Shown here: positions 61,601 to 64,000 of the stretch, in pieces
Layout of the letters: the number at the start of each line of letters is the position of its first letter
Numbering within the stretch: the stretch's first letter is position 1
The notes under the pieces: model-generated
Told to the model about the DNA's origin: nothing
The model's input: only the letters and a program-made list of their open reading frames with translations
Database searches by the model: none
Made by a program: the position numbers and the translations under genes
NCBI GenBank assembly: GCA_043228905.1
Contig: JBHGNT010000001.1
Coordinates: 3,658,001 to 3,722,000, forward strand
Direction of reading: 5' to 3'
From: Azolla caroliniana
Taxonomy: Eukaryota > Plantae > Polypodiophyta
Length of the DNA stretch: 64,000 bases

Positions 61601-64000
61601 ACTGGATAATGGGCCAGCTGCATCTGTAAGCACTTGGATTCAATTCCAACAGAGGCCACAAGCAGATCGACTTGCGCATTTACAAGCTCTTCATGGAACC
61701 AAGATAATGACGGTTTCCATTTCAGCGTCATATTCCTCATTAGCGGCAACCTTCGAACCCATACGGGAACATTCTTTGCTTGGATGCTTCATAAATGATA
61801 TTTTGTTGGTTGTCAAGGGTGTCTCACCTAATGGGTGCATCTCTTATTTTGAGATGCTTGATAACAATAGAATGCAGCCTCATGCCTTTGACTGCAACTA
61901 TTTTCAACACGTGCGGAATGCACCAATCAAAGTGCTTGCAAAAATGGGAAAGAAGTGTCTGCTTGATCCTTATCCTTCTATCATTCATATGTGTGATATG
62001 ATGTGGTTGTATGCAAAAGAACTTGTTGCAAGACTACTATGGGATCCGGGGGGTCGGTTCTGGACATATTCCTTGGGGGAACAGATCATAATGGTTCCCT
62101 TCTTTCAGTATTCAATAAAGCTAGGAAGGTCATTACTAAGGTCTATGAATGTAATGGCGCCAGCAGCACAAAAACATTGGACTAATTGGGGTGTTTCAAC
62201 GTTGTAGTTGAAAACATATTGGAGATGGATCTAGTCTTTCAAGGGGCCCTCTAAATTTATTCTTTTTAGACGGTTATTAATGCATGCAACATTACCAGTT
62301 CGCTAGACATTAAAAGGGAATGTAGCACATAATCTCAGGCAATGTGGATTTTGCTATGCAACGCCGGAGACTACTAAGCATGCCCTTTGGTCTTGTCCCT
62401 TGACTCAACAAGTATGGTATAAAGTTATTTCTTTATTCCTAACAATCAATGTTGGTTGCTTGTTCTCATGGGGAGCAACAGTGTGGGGAATTTTACACTC
62501 CAGCTTGATGTTGTACGAGGTGATGATATACAAGAGGCCATGACGGTACATAACAAAAGATTGATATCAGTTAGTCCATTTCAACAACCTCGAAAGCATG
62601 TGCGATCTGTCCAAATCTGGAAAACTGTGACTACGATAACATTATGGGTATTATGGAAATGTAGATGCAATCGACTTTACAATGCCGCAAAACTTGGTCT
62701 TCTAGAGGTATTGCTTGAGATATGGGAAACATTGTTGAGAGTAGTTCATGGGCAATATGATAACATGTGCGGTTCTCCAAAAAATATTCATAAAAGAAGG
62801 ATGAAGATTCTTCACTTATGGAGGAAGGTGCCTCTCTTTGTAGTGACAAATCAAAGACCTCCATGGAATTATTATCTTCCATGGACCCTTTCTTGATACA
62901 AAACCAGCATTCTAATGTACCGTTTAAGGTTCAACAGCCCTGTATAAGTTGTTTTTTTATGTACAGGTTTATGTGTACATACATTACGTTGTAAGCCTAC
63001 AAGCAGGTAACTTTTACTTGTATTTTTTTTATATTTTTAGTACTATTGAAGAAAATCTTTCAAGGAAAAAAAAAATAGCCACTTGTTTAGCTCGTGTTTT
63101 TTCTACTTCAAATTTTAGGATACAATGCCTTACTTGACATTATAGTAGTGAAACTTTCATTCATATCATTAACTTCACTATTATAATCATGTGTTTATGG
63201 GCACCACTGTTGTTACGAGCATTACCACGCTTTATCCAAGTGTATAGAATACTACGGTACAATCTTACCACGGGATATTATATGATCATGCCCGTAACAA
63301 CTGTGCAGATGCTTATTTGTATTGTACATTACGTCTTGACTACTAGTGTATTGTTACAATCAAGGAAATTAGATTTCGCCAAATTGACAAGTCATAGACA
63401 AGTATGTTAAACACTTATTCATCGACTACAAAGTTATCCCCGGTTGGTAACTTCTTTACAAGAAGTTACCACCATCTATTGTCGTCATTTTGCGTGCATC
63501 AATTGAGAAATTGGTTATGGCACTTTCGTTATTTAATTGATTGACTCTAACTCCTTTAACATCTCTTATGCATAGGTCTAATACTAGACTTTATAAGCTA
63601 TTGAATGCTAGGCTTTATGAACTATTCATAATTAGTAGAACGCTTCATATTTGTACTAGTTGTTTAGATTTTTCCTCCGACCACTTTATGTTTTTTATGT
63701 CTCTCATGTTGCACAGTTGTACTCTATGTTTGAATGTGATATGTAATTATTCTTTACCGCATGGTTGAATTTCTTACCTAAAATATAATGCATTGCAAAA
63801 ACAAATCATATGGCTCAAAATCTTGAACAAAGCGATGTAGTTAAGCTCTGCCACATATCTCCCTCATTTTATATATAAATTGTACTACAATTCTGAAATC
63901 ACCCTACTCATTTGGAATTTCAAATGTGCTTGTAAAAGTTTAATGATGGATTATCTTATTATGGTTCTCAAATACTTCCTTGCAAATAACCATATCGTGT

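Larger units (their letters stand above)
47351..62896 (+). pseudogene. LINE ORF2 (APE endonuclease-RT-zf-RVT), split by the Gypsy at 47471-58678 and carrying several stops
   Basis: MDALHFLSWNLQGLG...TINI | LFLQEHHL joins in frame across the insertion. NIYAPN, GGDFN, RLDRF, SDHDP, WRPITLLNDIYK, LDFEKAYDKVDW, R*GCHLAP, FAND, GGLGLID. Confidence 0.93.
45671..63073 (+). mobile_element. Full-length L1-type LINE (about 6.2 kb once the nested Gypsy is removed)
   Basis: 17-bp TSD aatagccacttgtttag at 45654-45670 and 63074-63090; polyA at 63066-63075; ORF1 plus ORF2 (endonuclease, RT, zf-RVT). Confidence 0.95.

Overview
Eukaryotic land-plant nuclear DNA, probably a fern (inferred from fern-style PLS-PPR remnants, a Tcn1-like chromovirus, AT-rich introns and many (AG)n tracts). 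The left 45 kb holds four host genes: exon 1 of a serine carboxypeptidase-like gene (-), a complete 8-exon PLGG1 plastid glycolate/glycerate transporter (+), a 7-exon PSI-domain inositol transporter (+) and a 20-exon V-ATPase subunit A (-). Between them lie decayed LINE, hAT and PPR fragments. The right 18 kb is a fully resolvable triple nest: an L1-type LINE (17-bp TSD, polyA), interrupted by a Tcn1-like Ty3/Gypsy chromovirus (5-bp TSD), itself interrupted by a GC-rich Tnt1/Tork-like Copia (5-bp TSD). The most interesting signals are in the Gypsy. It has a tRNA-independent, Tf1-style self-priming PBS and a G_UUA_AAC slippery site followed by a three-stem pseudoknot at the gag/pol -1 junction. 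Its U3 carries a dense heat-shock-element array and an antisense tRNA-like A/B-box, its chromodomain has an in-frame duplication, and its LTRs are paradoxically more similar than those of the younger Copia inside it. All coordinates and counts were read by hand; no database searches were run.
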